A stretch of 64,000 nucleotides of DNA, taken from NCBI GenBank assembly GCA_020891255.1, contig BQFW01000003.1, positions 1,550,001 to 1,614,000 of the forward strand, written 5' to 3'. Positions 23,056-37,291 of this stretch are shown here, piece after piece. Position 1 is the first letter of the stretch, and each line of letters starts with the position of its first letter. Source of the DNA: Entomortierella parvispora E1425 (Eukaryota; Fungi; Mortierellomycota). A program made the position numbers and the translations under genes. The notes beneath the pieces are model-generated. The model was not told the DNA's origin. It saw nothing but the letters and a program-made list of their open reading frames with translations, and searched no databases.

Positions 23056-23601
23056 TGGGGACTATATTTCTGCTGATGGAGTTGAAAGAGGCTTTGGGGG
23101 GGAATGATAAACGCGCGCGGTTCCTGGTTGTCGCCTGGTATTCTAACACACATCCCGGGAGGACAAACTATTAGTTTACGTTAACACATTCCAACATGAG
23201 CACCGCAACAAGATGATTTCCTGCGTGAATTCATTAATTCTTTTCATACTTTTGGCTGCAATGTCGGTCTTGCACGGGTTAGTTTTGGCTCAGACGCGCT
23301 TGCTGTCTTGTCGATTCTTCAGGTGCTCTGTGGTTAAGAGATGATGTTAAGTGAAATGGATGGGGCATCCAGAGAATAACCAATGACGCCCAGTAGCTCA
23401 TGACTGCACGTGACTACTCAAAAGGTCACAAATGTCGGAGATAAGTAAAGCCGGGGAGTGGCCGTGGCTGTGGCTGTGGCTGTGGCCAGTCTTTTTGTCC
23501 CTGGAAGAGGAGGCAGCGGCTGTGGGGACATTCGTCTGGCGCGGCACCACAGGGCCGATGAAGATGTGATGGTAAAATGTATTATTGAAGCCAGCGACTT
23601 T

Positions 23602-26600
23602 CTATGGGCAGGATGAGGGAAGTGTCGATGACTGCAGTAGGTCCCGCTTGCAGATCGGACAAAGCGCTGTGACCTGGAGCAGCCAGGGGTCAATGCAAGC
23701 CTGGTGGTACTGGTGGAAACACGGCAGTGTCCTCACTTGATCGCCGAGCTCGTACTCTGCCAGGCAGACCGCGCACATTGTCTGCGCGTTTGCGTTCGCA
23801 AAAGGAAGACTGGCTCCCTCGTCGTCCATGTTGTCAACACATTCGTTGTCCATATCAGAGACATCTTCAACTCCGGAATCGCCAGAACAGTCATCCTCGT
23901 CGCTGGTGACCACACATCCCAAAGGCTTATCTCCTCGACGGTCACTCGAGAGCGAAAGTGAAATAGAGAGTGAGAGCGAGGAGGAGGACGCTTCCGAATG
24001 CGAGTCCACAAGGGTCGACATGGATCCATTGGCAAGTAAAGCCGAATGAAGAGTCGAGGTCGATGATGAAAGCGATGAGGGTGAGAAAGTCTCGCTCGAT
24101 CCGTGCCAGTCGCTGTTATGATGACCCTGTCGACTATAGGAGACTCGTCTATAAGAGCCACGTCTAGAGGTTGCCATGATGCTGGTGGCAATCCTGTCGA
24201 GTTCAGATGTGGCGGTGGTTTCCAGATCCTCATTATCATTATCATCTTCGTCTCTATAGTCCTGTAGCACGCTGTAGATACCATGATAGTCAGTATGACT
24301 ATCCACATGCTCATCCTCTCCTTGCTCGTCTTCTCCTGCGCTGCTTGCCATCATTCCCAGAATTGTTTGAGCACTCGCAATCCTAACTCTCCGTTGTTGC
24401 CGCTGGAATCTTGTATCCTGTCTAGATTCTCGATCTTCAGGTCCCGATTCCATGTCAATGATATCCTCTGCGAACGCCAATCTTCCTGAATATCCGAGCT
24501 CTGCGTTTCGAACCACTTGTGTCATTTCTGATGCCGTTGGTGCCGTTGGTGCCGCTGGTGTCTTTGTCACCTTCTTCTTTTTTGCATGAGATTTATGATG
24601 ATGACAGTGGCGACCGCAGCAACCTGAGGATCGGGAAGAGGCCACGAGCATCGTGCCTTCACCTGTTTTGACCACAGTTTGAATCCCATAGCTTTCCAGA
24701 GTTGATTTGGACAGAACCTTCCTATGGCCATGCTCTCGACCCTGTTGCGCTTGTTGTTGTTGTGCTGTGGCTCCTTGGTTTCCGTTTTGATTCAATCCGT
24801 TGGAGCCGCGGCGGGATCTAAAGAGCCGGACTTTGAGTGCAACCACAACCAGCAAGGCTCCAAACATGCCCACACCCACGCCGCAGACAGTGCTCATGAG
24901 GACCATAGCCAGCTTCCCAGAGATGCCAGTCGAAACCACGCCTTTGGATTCCAAGTAATCTGTGACATGAGGCTGATGCTGAAGATGCGATCCATGAAGA
25001 TGGTGGTGCAGATATTGCTGGTAGATAGAGTCCTTGAGAAGGACTAGCGAGGAAACGTCTTCCAGAACCTGCGCCACTGAACTGGATTGCATCTTTGCCA
25101 TCTGACGGTTAGGACGGGCCCTTGCTTGGGAGTGTCTACTTGCTCTTCCTTCCCCTCTGCTTCGACCACCTCCAGACCCGGATTCGACCTGTCTCCCTGT
25201 CAATTCTGTCATCCGCTTCATTCGAGAGGGCACTGCTTTCAGAGTCTGAAGGTCATCGTCTGCATCATAACCTTCATCCGAGCTGTCCTCTGCACGATGT
25301 GCGCTCTGGAGACGACCTTTGAAGGCCCTAATCTCCTGCTTTATGAACAACGAGTTGGAAAGCGTCCTGAAAGCTGTAGTCACCAAGGTGGCAGGTTGCT
25401 CCGGCTGTGGTCTTTGAGGGCGTGTCTTGTCATAATAACGGTAACCGTCCGCCTCCTCATCCTCTCCGCCATCCTCGATTTTTACCGCTTGAGTTCGCCT
25501 TGATGGAGGAGACTCCAGTCCCAAATTAACCAAAACGCGTCGAGCCTGCAAAGCGGCGCCAGACTTGAAAGAATCCACGATGGATGCAATCTCTGGCAAA
25601 GAAATGATGACTTGTCGAGTTTGTTCCTGCGAAAATCTTTGTTGCAAATAAGATGATGGTGGGGGTGGGGGTGATGATGTTTCTTGGTCTTCATCGGGCG
25701 CGTCATGGTCGTCATGGTCGTTATTAATATTATTGCCCTTATCCATGATTCTAGATACTCCAGTCTTGTCTAGTTGTTCTTGTTGTTGCTCTCGCGTCTC
25801 TGCCGTGTCTTTGATAAGTGCGTTTGTAGTTTGCGTCGCTTCCCCCTCAAACACAATCCTCGCGGGCTTTAAGGACGTCTTTCTGAGTTTTGGAGTGGTC
25901 CTTGATAAACGCGCCATGGGGGTTAATTCTGGTGTGAGATCGTCTAGGGAATAAAGGAGTTGCACAGCAGGTTCTCGTTCCATGGAAAGAATCATGGGCG
26001 AGGACTGTGGGTAATCGAATTCCAGCATTCCTGAGCAATCGGATTCCAAGGTCGCGTGAAGGATGACTGCATCCGCACTGAGATGGGCGATCAATTGTCG
26101 GTCCAATGTATTTTGACGAGTGCATGGCACCAAGGCTATCCATTGAAATGGAACTGTAGGCAACGTTGTCGCCAGGAAAGGGATCGTTACCAAAGGTCCC
26201 TAAATAATGTCCATAGGAAACAATTAGATCAGTTACCTAAGCATTTGAAGGTTTGTCTTTTTGTTCTCATCTCATCCCGAGTTGCGGGTGGGGGGTGAAC
26301 AAAGACGGCATTCTAGATCTCAACTCAGTCCAGTCTTCTTTGCCATGCAACATTCTCTGCCCTTGTTCTCTCGCAAAGTGAAAGAATAACCCTGGCAGTG
26401 GTGTTTCAAATGAATAGATTGCACCCCACGTTTCGTTTTTGTCTTGTTGCTTTTGTAATATTGTGTTTGATTTTTTTGAGACGCATGGGGTATTTGTCGA
26501 CCGCACCGCACCTCCTTCTCTCCTCCTGAATCTTTATTGTCTCCTGATTCGAATCGCCCAAAAAGAAAGCTTGTTTTTGATGAAATGACGGAGAGAAAAA

Positions 26601-27885
26601 GAACAAAAGAGGGTCGCACAACAACAACATCCAAGGCGCAGGGTTTTGCGCCACCTCTCTTAATTCGATTCATCTCGCCCAACCTCAGATGATCTCTTTT
26701 ATTACCCCAGAAATAGAAGCAACCACGAGGGAATCAGCATGGCGTCCATGCGATGACACTCTTTCACCGTCATCAAAGTCATTTGGAAACAACCACACCT
26801 CACCATCCCACGCGTCATTTTCTGTCCGTTCATGATGCACCTGAGCTTCTCTTGAGGCCGAATAGGAATCTGCAATGGAATGTTGCGCCTTCAAAGGCAG
26901 AAAAAAAAAAGAAAAAAGAAAACAAAAAACTTACCGACAAAGTATCTTGCAGGACCCTGAGAGACTCGGAACCATTGTTTTGGTGGGAGACGCTTTCCTT
27001 TGTTTCGGTGCTTCCCACAACGGTGTGGGCAAACCCTCTCCAAATTTGTTTGCGCAAGAACATGGTCTCACGACGCGCTTTTTCAAAAGAAGAAGCAGAT
27101 GAGGCGAGTGCAGCGTCGTGATTATCAGAAAAAAATGACTCTTCTTCATGCTGCGAATCCTGACGTCGGTTGTTGTCCCTGTTGGACCTTCTCCTTGAAT
27201 CCACTCCACCCATGGCGCCATTGACTTCTGGATCGGTCTCTTTCAGGCCCTTTTCTCCTGACTCTTCATTCCAATGCGCCTCTTCCATGAAGGATGAACT
27301 GGATCGTCCACTATCGTGTAGTTGTTGGATAGCTTCCTTTGCATTCGAGTGGCGTTGACGGGAGGATCTTTGATGCTTCCTTTCAGACTCCTGCTCCGTG
27401 TCCTTTGCATCTTCCAAAGATGTGGGTCGCTGTTCATGGTCGGCTTCAATCCGGATGGTCCTTGTCCGGAGTGGTTGATTTCGTTTGATGGGCCGTTGAC
27501 CAGATCGAAGGGCCTGACCTCTATTTTTGGTGGTTGTGGTTTGTTCTTTTGTTTCATTTTCTAAAGGAGCGTCGTCATGAGGGGTGGCCCTTTTTGCGTG
27601 GAGATCCGGACTGGAAAGAAACGATATGGAGAATGAGGGATGCATCTGAAGCGAGTGAGGCGAGGATGAGTCCAGATAGACAGTAAAGGCATAACTTGTA
27701 CTGGAGGCGGAGGTCGATGTGGAGGAGGAAGAAGAAGAAGAGGTGGAAGAAGAGGAAACAGCTGCGGCGGCAGTGACGGTGGTGACTTCAAGTCCCATGA
27801 GTTGCATCGATGGGAGGATTACAGAGAAGAGGAGGGCCCAGCAGGAAACCGTAGAGCAGACATCGGAGAAGGGACGCTCGAGCAT
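23602..27885 (-). CDS. Transmembrane RING-H2 E3 ubiquitin ligase, multi-exon (5' exon structure uncertain)
   Basis: C-terminal CAVCLAEY...LPCFHQYHQACIDPWL....CPIC; TM helix MVLMSTVCGVGVGMFGALLVVVAL; ORF 27885-26935 starts with a hydrophobic leader and ends at GTAAGT, so it is probably exon 1. Confidence 0.75.
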
Positions 27886-28433
27886 GTCTCAGTAGCGGAT
27901 GGATGAGGATGGTGGTAGTGAAGGTCGGAAGGTGACCGGGAAGAGAAGAGAAAAAAGAAAAGAGAAGATGGAAGTAAAAGAGAGGGAAGAAGAGAAGCTG
28001 AATGAGTAATGAGCAGAGAGAAGAAAGAGAAGAAGGAAAAAAGGGCAGAGGGAGGGAGGCAGGAGAAGCAAGGGCAGTAAAGTCGATCGACAGGGACATG
28101 GTACGGACACACAGACCAACCACGGTGTCTCTGTGTCATATCCACACGGCACACTCGACAGCAATTGAGCCAACAATTGCACGCTGCACTGTCCCCTGCC
28201 ACGTTGTGTCTTACCTGGGTCTCTCTTCTCTCTCTCTTTGGTTGCCTTTTCCTTCTCTTCATCCGACGATCTCTCTCTTTTTTACTGTGTATCTTTTGTT
28301 CTAGTCGTTCTTTGTACCATCCCTCTCCTCTCTTTCTCCCATCGCTCACAAACTTACCGGCAGCCACCAGTGCTGTCTCTCCTCTTTCCTCGTCTTTCCC
28401 TTCTTTATTGCATCCATCCTCTTTTTACCCGCC

Positions 28434-31131
28434 ATGGACCCACATCACCCACACGACGACAGGTCCGATGCATTCAACTCTGATCAGCACATCCCCGAGT
28501 CCATGAACGAAGCCATTCCTACTCCTGCCGCACCTCCTTCTTCAGATCCCATTCGCCCCCTTCCTTATACTTTTCAGCATGCAGCCACCGCTGCCGCCAC
28601 CACCACTGACAGCACCACCTCCTCTTTCAACGGCGGAGGAGGTGGCGAAGGAGGAGCAGGTCTCCAAACCTCGGCCCCTCCTCTCTCCCATTTTGCCTCT
28701 GCTATCACACTCCCCTCCACTCTCCGGAGCCACCAAGGCTACAGCGGTGCTGGACATGGTCAATACGGAGGCGTTGCTTCCGCCGCTGCAGGTTACCATC
28801 CTCTGCCCTCGCAACAACAGCATTACCATCAACGACATCATCACCACCATCATTTCCACCAAGAATATGATATCGCCGGCGTGAATGTCATGAAGATTGA
28901 TTATGAGGGCCTCGATGCTTTTGTGGAAGAGGCCTTGTTGAACGAATCTGGGTTTCAACAAAAAGAGTCCGACGCCATGATCGATCCCGAGGCTTTGCAG
29001 GATTCAAAGGATTTCGGTACCAGCAGCTCCTACAGCGGAGGAGGCGGTTTGGAGAGAGCTCATTCGACAGGATCGGCTTCTGTTTTCGGAAGTGCCTTCC
29101 GGAGAAAGTCTGCCCGCAAAGCCAGCTACTACAGTGAACGTGCACCCCGCGTAAGTGGTTTTTTCTTTTCTCGGATTTGGAGGGAACGACAAAAGATCAA
29201 GAAAAGGATGAAAAGAAGAGGGAAGACCCGGACCCAGAAAAAAAAAAGGAACGCGATCAAGTTCTAATATCCATTGGCATGTTTTTGAATGTGTGTCCAT
29301 TATTTAGCCCCCTTTGGAAGAGCAATCGAGGTACACTTTCTTCACAAAGACAACAGGTTTACTCCAAGCACCTACATTGCCCCACATCGTCACTCAGGCG
29401 GCCATGATGGGGATTGTACAGCCAGACGGTCCTCTCGTGTTCTCGGATCTGCTCAAGGATGGATGTTTCTGGATTGATATCTTGGATCCAAGCGATACTG
29501 ACATGCAGATGCTGTCCAAGGCAAGTGTTTTTGAGTTTTTCTCTCTCTCTGTTACTGATTTCACTGAGGAGAGAGATTACCTGCAGAGAGATTACCTGCA
29601 GAACGAGATATTAAGAAGAAGGTGAAAAAAGAAATGGCGCAAAAAAAAAACACTCTCGGCTGACTGTTTTGAGTTTTCTCTCATTCTTGTTTTCTAGCAC
29701 TTTCATGTTCACCCCTTGACAATCGAAGACATCTCCACAGAAGAGGTTCGGGAAAAGTATGAGGTGTTTAAAAACTATTATTTCGTCTGCTTCCGGACCT
29801 TTGATCAGGACTACAACTCGGGATCATACCTTCAGCCAGCCAGCATGTATAGTGTTGTCCTGCGCGATGGCATCATTACAGTAAGCTCAAACAGTTTTCT
29901 AAGATGCTGTGCCTGCAACATCCTTCTAACCCCCACCTCCTTCAAAAACGCAACATGTGCGCGGATCATCCAACTAGTTCCATTTTAGACCCACGATTCA
30001 CCACATCAACGTGCTCCGACGACTGGAGCAATTCCACTCTCACATCACCTTGACACCCGACTGGATCAACTATGCGCTTTTGGACGATATCACAGACAGT
30101 TTTGCATCCCCCATCCAGACGATTGAGTACGAAGTCGACTCGATTGATGAATTGGTCTTGTTGTTGCGGGAGAACGAGACTTCGGACATGCTGAGGAGGA
30201 TCGGATCCTGTCGCAAGAACGTCATGGCCATTTCGCGTCTGTTGATGAACAAAGCCGATGTGGTCCGTGGGTTGATGAAACGATTCGATGAGCGCTTTGC
30301 ACTCGCCACAGCTGCGATCGCTACAAGCAAGGATCCACATGTCCATGCTGGACCCGCAGGAGGCGTCGTACCTCTGTCTGCCCTTGTCCCCATCGCCCCC
30401 TCACTTTCTCCTGCCCCCGCGTCCACAATCGCACCCTCCGATTCTGCCGCAGATATTGCTGGCACCGCCGGTTCACCCACTCAAACGGCAACGGCCAGGA
30501 CCTCAGTCTCTGAGCAATCTACCGATGCCTCCACCGGCATGCCTACGGTGACGCCCATACCCGCCTCTGGAGCACCCTCTTTTATCCAACAGCAACCACA
30601 ACAACCACAGCCACAACAACAGCAGCATGACCATCACCACCATCAACAACAACCACATAGAGATGGCGAAATTTTACTCTACCTGGGTGATATCCTGGAC
30701 CATGTGTTGACCATGCTTCAGTCCCTGAACAGTTATGAAAAGATCCTGTCCAGATCCCATTCTAATTATCTGGCGCAGATCTCGCTGGAAATCAATCAAT
30801 TGTCCAACAAGACCAACGAGGTCGTCGGCACTTTGACCTTCTTTGCCAGTTTGATCGTTCCCATGACTTTTGTTGCCGGTCTTTGGGGGTAAGTCTGCGC
30901 CCGAGAATACGGATTCAATCAACCGACTGGGATGCTGAAAGCGCTGGGAAAGAAAAAAGGGGATATTAACTCGCTCGTTCTACTTTTCTTTATCATAGAA
31001 TGAACGTGCATGTCCCTGGACAACCTGGCAACGAGGGCGAGTCTCTGAACTGGTGGTGGGGTCTCTGTGGCTTCATGGCCCTGTACTGCATTGTCGCCAT
31101 TATCTTTGGAAAGCGATATGGCCTTATTTGA
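28434..31131 (+). CDS. CorA-family Mg2+ transporter (Mnr2/Alr1-like), about 5 exons
   Basis: FWIDILDP, HPLTIEDI...EKYEVFKNYYFVCF, DWINYALLDDITDSF, TLTFFASLIVPMTFVAGLWG|MNVHVPG (GMN signature). Confidence 0.92.
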
Positions 31132-31410
31132 TTTTTCCTTCCCCTTCATATCCTATAATAGAGTAAATAATGACTAGATCCCCTTCCTCTCCACTAATGA
31201 CTAATCCATAAAAAGAAGACCGGAATCCTGTTTTTTGGCGCACTCAGTCCCATGCACTTCTTGAAAATGTCGTTGTAGAGTGCATTTTATTACTGACAAG
31301 AAGTGAAAGACTGTATTGCTTCCTGAAAAAAAAAATGAAAAAGTCTGTCCATGCGTTTATCTGCAAATGTTTTCCTTTTCTATTCCTCTGTTATTTTTCT
31401 CTGGTCGCCC

Positions 31411-32073
31411 TTATTCCATGGTGACATCCTCATCCTCAAAGGCATCCTCCTGTCCCTGGTTGATGAGAGAGTTGGCCTGTTGAACGAGGATGGAATCCCG
31501 ATCTGCGTTGAGTTCCTGAAGCCAAAAGAATTTCTTTTCTGAAGACGACTTGAACTGGAGCATGACCACACGTCCTGTCGTACATTGGGGCACCTCAATC
31601 ACCTCTGCGTCTCCAGGGAACAAGATCAGGTCCTAGGAAGAGAGAAAGACAAAAAAAGGCAGTCGAGTGAATAAACTTGAACTTCTCTTTCGATATAGCA
31701 CATTGGGTGCTTTCTGAGAAAAGAAAAAAAAAAAAAAAAGGAAGGAAGGGAGACTTATTTGGCCAGCGTCCTTTTACCTCCTCGACTTCCTTGGTTGTCC
31801 TATTCTTCCAGTAAAAGTGCATGAGTCCATCCTCCTCATCCATGTAGACCAATCTATAGCATTGAAGAGTAATGTGGGGTACAAGTGTCAGAGAGCAAAA
31901 AGGAGTTGCATTCATCACACAGTACAGTGCAGCAGCAATTAAAAAAAAAGGTCCATGTCCTTGTCTTTAACGTACCCTTTGGTCGCGTCTGGCTTGACAG
32001 TGTTAGTATCGCCATCCCGGAAGCATCGTCCGGCCTTGAACTGGAGAAGATGGTTTGATGCAGGTGCTGCCAT
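31411..32073 (-). CDS. RPN13: Proteasome ubiquitin receptor Rpn13 (Pru domain only); exons 32073-31976, 31853-31778, 31632-31411
   Basis: MAAPASNHLLQFKAGRCFRDGDTNTVKPDATKGLVY...LMHFYWKNR...DLILFPGDA...GRVVMLQFKSSSEKKFFWLQE. Confidence 0.9.
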
Positions 32074-32892
32074 TTTGAAATAATAGATTTGTGTGTGTGT
32101 CCTTGCGGATGGAATAAATGGGTCGAATGTCTTGCGTTGGAGGTTCCTGCTTAATCCTTTTGCTGCGGCGGGGGATGGAATACTCGATGAAATGAATCAA
32201 ATGAGAGGAAAGTGAAAGAGAAGAGGAAGAAGGAGAAAGTGAAAATGCAAGCCATGCAGGAACACGACCGCCCTACGCGTGTCCTGCTCCCCTGTAAAAT
32301 TTTCGCGTGCGTCATCATAGAAGTTGGTGGCGATTCGCGCTCCACCCAAAGTGTTCGTCCCAAAGACTTGGACCCACGCAGGGACCATGCTTGGAGGGTG
32401 CCACAACCAACTGTCGTGTTCATGATATCGCAATGCATTGGGTGATACAGCATATCCTATCTGACTTGTCCAGTCTCTGGCAGACCGTTTGCAGCATGGG
32501 GGCGTGGTTGGAGAACCCAGAGATGCTGATCCAATCCCCATGACAAGAGGCTTGATCCACAAGTGAATCCGATCGCAGATTTTGAACAACAAAATATGTT
32601 TACTTTGGGGGATGAATTGGTGAGAATATGTACAAGAAAAACAGCTAAGGTATTTACAATTATTCTTTTTTGTCGCTCCCATGCCAGTTCTCTCTCTTGT
32701 CTCCTAAAACTATGTATAAAAAAAATGTAAAATAAAATTGGGTCTTCACTCCAAAAAGTAGCAAAGACCTTGTAGCAAGAAATGCTGTTCCGTTGCAAGG
32801 AGGCCTGAGGTGAGGATCCGTTGGTCCTTGAAAAGGATCCATAAAAAAAATTACAAAAAAAATATGTACTAGACGCCCTTGACAATGCTCCT

Positions 32893-35800
32893 TCAAGAAG
32901 ACATAGACATGGGCATCTTGGTGGTGGCGGACGTAAAGGCATGTCCGACCACGGGGGAGTTGGGTCCAGGAGTGAGTGTTCCGGTCGAAAGAGCAGGCGA
33001 GGCCAAATATCCATCTAAAAGCCCTCCTGCAGATGAAGACAGTGACAGTGACGAGCTGTTGAGTCGACCCTCCTGCATCACCATCAGCTTTTCAACCTCT
33101 ATTTTCATAACGACAAAGTGGAGACTGGAGGTTAGTACTTTTTAAAAGATGGACTTTTTGCTGAGTCAAGCTTTGAAGGCAAGTACGTACTGGTGATGAG
33201 GTGCTTTCCATAAGTGTACTTCTTCAGGGACTGCAAATGAGGTCGGATCCTGGCCACGAGCAAATCACGCTGTTCGCCGTCGACAACGTCCAACATCTTT
33301 TGAACCACGTAATTTGCAAACTGGTCCTTCATCATCAAGACCAAGGGTGAAGTCGCGGAGGATCCATTATCAGCTTTTCCTGCGGTTGAGATCGCAGTCG
33401 AAGCAGATGAAGGCAACAAAACTTCCTCAATCAATCGTTGACGATCCAAAGGAGAACCATAGGCGACACACTTTTCCACCACATTGCTGGCAAACTTGTG
33501 CTTGCTGAGCTGCAAAACCTGCCCAAGGACTTTTGAGACAACGAGTGACTTTTCGGAAGGCTGACCGCGTTCCAGGATATGTTGAATGACATAGTTGCCG
33601 TACTGATCCTGCACCAAACTAGGAATGTACCGGTGAAGCTCGTCCATTAACGGCTAAGGTAAACAAAAGATATTAGAGTCGAGGTTAAGGTTATCAAGTC
33701 AACGTCGTGAGATGGATGAATCAGATCACTTACGGTCTTTGTGTCAGCACAATGTTCAAACATGCGCTGGATGACACGGCACCCATAGGGATGAGTAGCG
33801 AGCGTGTAGACTTGTCCTGTAAAAGCTCCGATTATAAACTGAATATGTTCAGCCGCCACACACTCGATGGCCTTCTGGATCACATGGTTGCCATTCTGGT
33901 CCTTGATACATTTCAAAACATGGCCGTCTAGTTCTAGAACCAGCACTGCCTGCTGCTCGCTTTGGACATGCTCCAAAGCTTTCTGGACTACGCGGCATCC
34001 ATACATCTGCAACGCCAGCGAGAGGACATGCCCTTCCATTTTCTTTGCTAGCTGAGCCTTTTGGTCCTGAGGTCCGTATTCGAAAAATTTCTGAATCACA
34101 TAGTTGCCAAAGACATCGGTCATCAGCTGGAGTGCCTGAGGCATGATCTCTTCAAAAATCATGGTTTTTTCTTCATCTGTCGCCGTTTCCAGCTTTTGCT
34201 GAATGAATCGAGAGCCATGCTGGTCGCCGCTGAATTCAACCACACTGCCAGCAATATCCTAAAGTGTCAACACGGAATTCATGCTTTAGAGGCATGTCCT
34301 TTGGCCAGTAACCAAATTATCTACGAAACTTACCATGAGCTCGTATTTCTTATTGGTCTTGTTATTCCTAAACTCTTCCAAAAGTGGACTGCGGAGACCA
34401 TGACTAGGATCATTCTCCGAGTCCTTGGCCTCATCGGCCTGTTGTTGAAGTTGTTGTTGCTGAAGTTGCTGCTGTTGTTGCTGTTGATGGTGGTGATGCT
34501 GCTGGTTTCTTTGGGAGCCTCCCGCATGCCCATTGCCCTGACGACGCCCGTAGTCAGACTCGCCTCCAGATGTAGCACCTTCATGCCCTGCACCTCCTCC
34601 CTTTCCATTCTGGGAATGCTTTGGGGACGTGATCTGCGAGCTAGATTGACCATGGTTGTTGTAGTTATTACCATGTTTGCCGCGACCCGATTGTTTACCA
34701 TGTTTTTGTACAGGGGAGTGATGTTGATTCTGCAGCTGTAGTTGGTGCTGCGGGTGGGTTTGTTGTTGACTCTGTTGTTGCTGCTGAAGCTGTTGTTGTT
34801 GGAGATGCTGCTGCCTCATCATCATCAGCTGTTGCTGTTGGATCATGATCTGCTGTGACTGTAAACGCAGCTTCTTCTCCGCAGCGGCATTCACTGCGCG
34901 AGCTGCTGCTGTGGCCCGCGTATCCGCATGGTTAAACTCTGCGGACCGCATAGTGTTGCCAGAGAAGTCCACTGAGGGCAGTCCTCCCATGTCTGTTGAA
35001 TTGGGCATGTACAACTGCTGCAAATGATGCTGTTGTTGCTGGGGCGGCATCTGTGGAGGATACTGATGCAGCTGCTGTTGTTGCTGGAGTTGGAAAGAGG
35101 TCAATCCTCTGGTCTTTCCGTATTCCGGAGTTGCACCAAGCGCGGTGTTGTGCATGCGACGAGGGTCATATGCCAAATCGTTTGCCCTGAGACCAAGAGA
35201 TGCTTCGTCATGACTGATAAGCATGGAATGCAAGTCTAAGATGAAAAGATGTTTGCAAGTCAGTTATAGGTTTGGGGAAGACGGCTTTAGTTTGGGCTTT
35301 TGTGTCAAAGAAAAATTAGACTTACCCTTCTGAGCAGCAGATGCAAAGGAGTCTCTCCCGCCCATGAAATCATACTGTCCTGGGAGCTGCATGTAGTCAT
35401 AGTCGCTCTGAGGGTTGACTAGTCGCGGGTCCTTGAGCATGTGCTGGCTGTCAAAATAGGGTGAATGAGCGGTAATAGGCGTATGGGACCCATGCATGTA
35501 TTGGTGCTGCCCTGACCTATTTTGCTGTTGCTGGCGTTGCTGCTGCAACTGAATCTGCTGCAGCTTGAGCTGCTGTTGTCCAAGTTGATATTGTTGTCTA
35601 CGAAGGTTGGCTTGTTGCGCTGCCAGATCGTCATCCTAAAGTGGGAATAAGGTATATACAATGTCAGACACTATAAAGAGATGCTGAGTAAGGTCATGCC
35701 ACTTATTAAAACAACTTACCATGCCCCCAAGCTGCATACTGCGCATGGCCGACTCTAGATCCGCAGAGCCAGAGTCCTGTCCATGGTCCAAAGTAAATCC

Positions 35801-37176
35801 ACCTGGAGCACGCCCCAAAGGAAAGCTTCCTGGGGGTGTGGAGGAGGACCGTTGCAGCGGCGCAAATTTGGTCCTGAAAAGAGGCGATCGAGCACTCGCC
35901 AAGTTTAGAATACCCTCATCGTCGCCTCCATCTAGCGCAGCGCTGAGCACTGACGTTATCTGTGACGACCGCTCGTCCATGTCCTCTGAACCCAATCTTG
36001 GATCGAGTGGCTCCAGGTCTGGCGAGTCTGAGATCTCATGGCGCAAGGTCGAAGGAGTTGTCAGGGGGGATCGCATGGACAGATTGGGCGAGAGTGCTTG
36101 ATACAGAATGCTGTGTCCTCCATGCTGCTGTTGGTGCGAATGGCCAGATCCAAAGTGAGGTGAGGGGGATCGAGGAAAGTCTTGCGAGGGCGTAGAGACC
36201 CCCTGACTCCAGATGTGGCTCAAAGGATCCACTGAATGCGCGCCGAACAAGGGGGAGGTGGGCATGGAGGCTGCACTTCGTCCTGTGCTGTTGCAGGCCC
36301 CGATGCCGTTCCCACTCTCCTGCCTGGGTGAGTGCGAGTCACTCAGAGATAGCTCGGACGAAGTCAACTCCTGGCGCCACTGGAAAGCAGGATCGGCGTT
36401 CCTGGTGTCAAGACCCATGAAGCCATTGGATTCTAAAGGCAATAATGAGAAAACGCTGTGTGTAAGTACGTTTGCCATGCTAATTAATTCGGCTAACGTG
36501 AAAGGAGACGGAAAAAAAGGGAGAGACGGAAAGGCACAACGGCCGGCCTATTGCAATCATGTTTCGAGAGAATTGAAAGGAGGAGGCTCGCATGGTCTGC
36601 TCGAAGGAAAGGAAGGAGGAAGAAATACGCACCAAGGCCAGATGTAGGACTCTTTGGGTCCTCTAATCCAGATCCAGATCCCAACAATGACGATGTTGAC
36701 GACCAGAGCTGCCAGGAGGCTCCAGGAGAATAGACGGTAGAGGACTGTTGGGAAGGCCGCTGCGGCTGCTGTTGCTGTGCAGACGCAAATTGACTGGAGC
36801 GGGTCGACGGCATGGCAAAGGGGCTGCCGCTGTGGAGATAGTCGGACGTCTCTGACCGAGCATCGGGCGAAAGCTGCGAGTCGACGTCGAATCCTGAGAA
36901 GCGGGAAGTCTGCGTTGTCTGGCGTGGGAGCTGGTTCGGTGGGGCCGAGGTGGAGCGCGAGATATCCTGGCCAAAGTTGTCTCCAAAGCCATCAAAGTCG
37001 CCCAGTTTGCCCCGGAGGAGATTCGCGAGTTGCTAATGGACAGAAATGAAGAGGGTAAGAATGCGTTAGATCGGGGCACAGGTACAGAAATGGGGGGAAG
37101 GACGAGATCACGACTTGTACCTGTCCATGTTGGTTCATGGTCGTGGGTTGGTGGAAGTGCCCCTGGAAGGCACTAC

Positions 37177-37207
<31 letters not shown>

Positions 37208-37291
37208 ACTGTTGTTGCCGGCAGTCGTGTTGCTGTTGCTGTTGTGGTCAAGGGCACCGCTGGAGAGGGTTCGGGCGAATTGTTCGGCCAT
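32893..37291 (-). CDS. PUF3: Pumilio-family RNA-binding protein (Puf3/Pumilio type) with a poly-Gln N-terminal region, multi-exon
   Basis: Eight Puf repeats with recognition motifs SRFIQ, NYVIQ, CRVVQ, NHVIQ, CRVIQ, NYVIQ, SNVVE and NYVVQ, ending YGKHLITKVEK. Confidence 0.9.

Noticed and set aside
29571-29602. 15-bp tandem duplication GAGAGATTACCTGCA in a CorA intron
   Set aside because: A simple slippage duplication in non-coding sequence.
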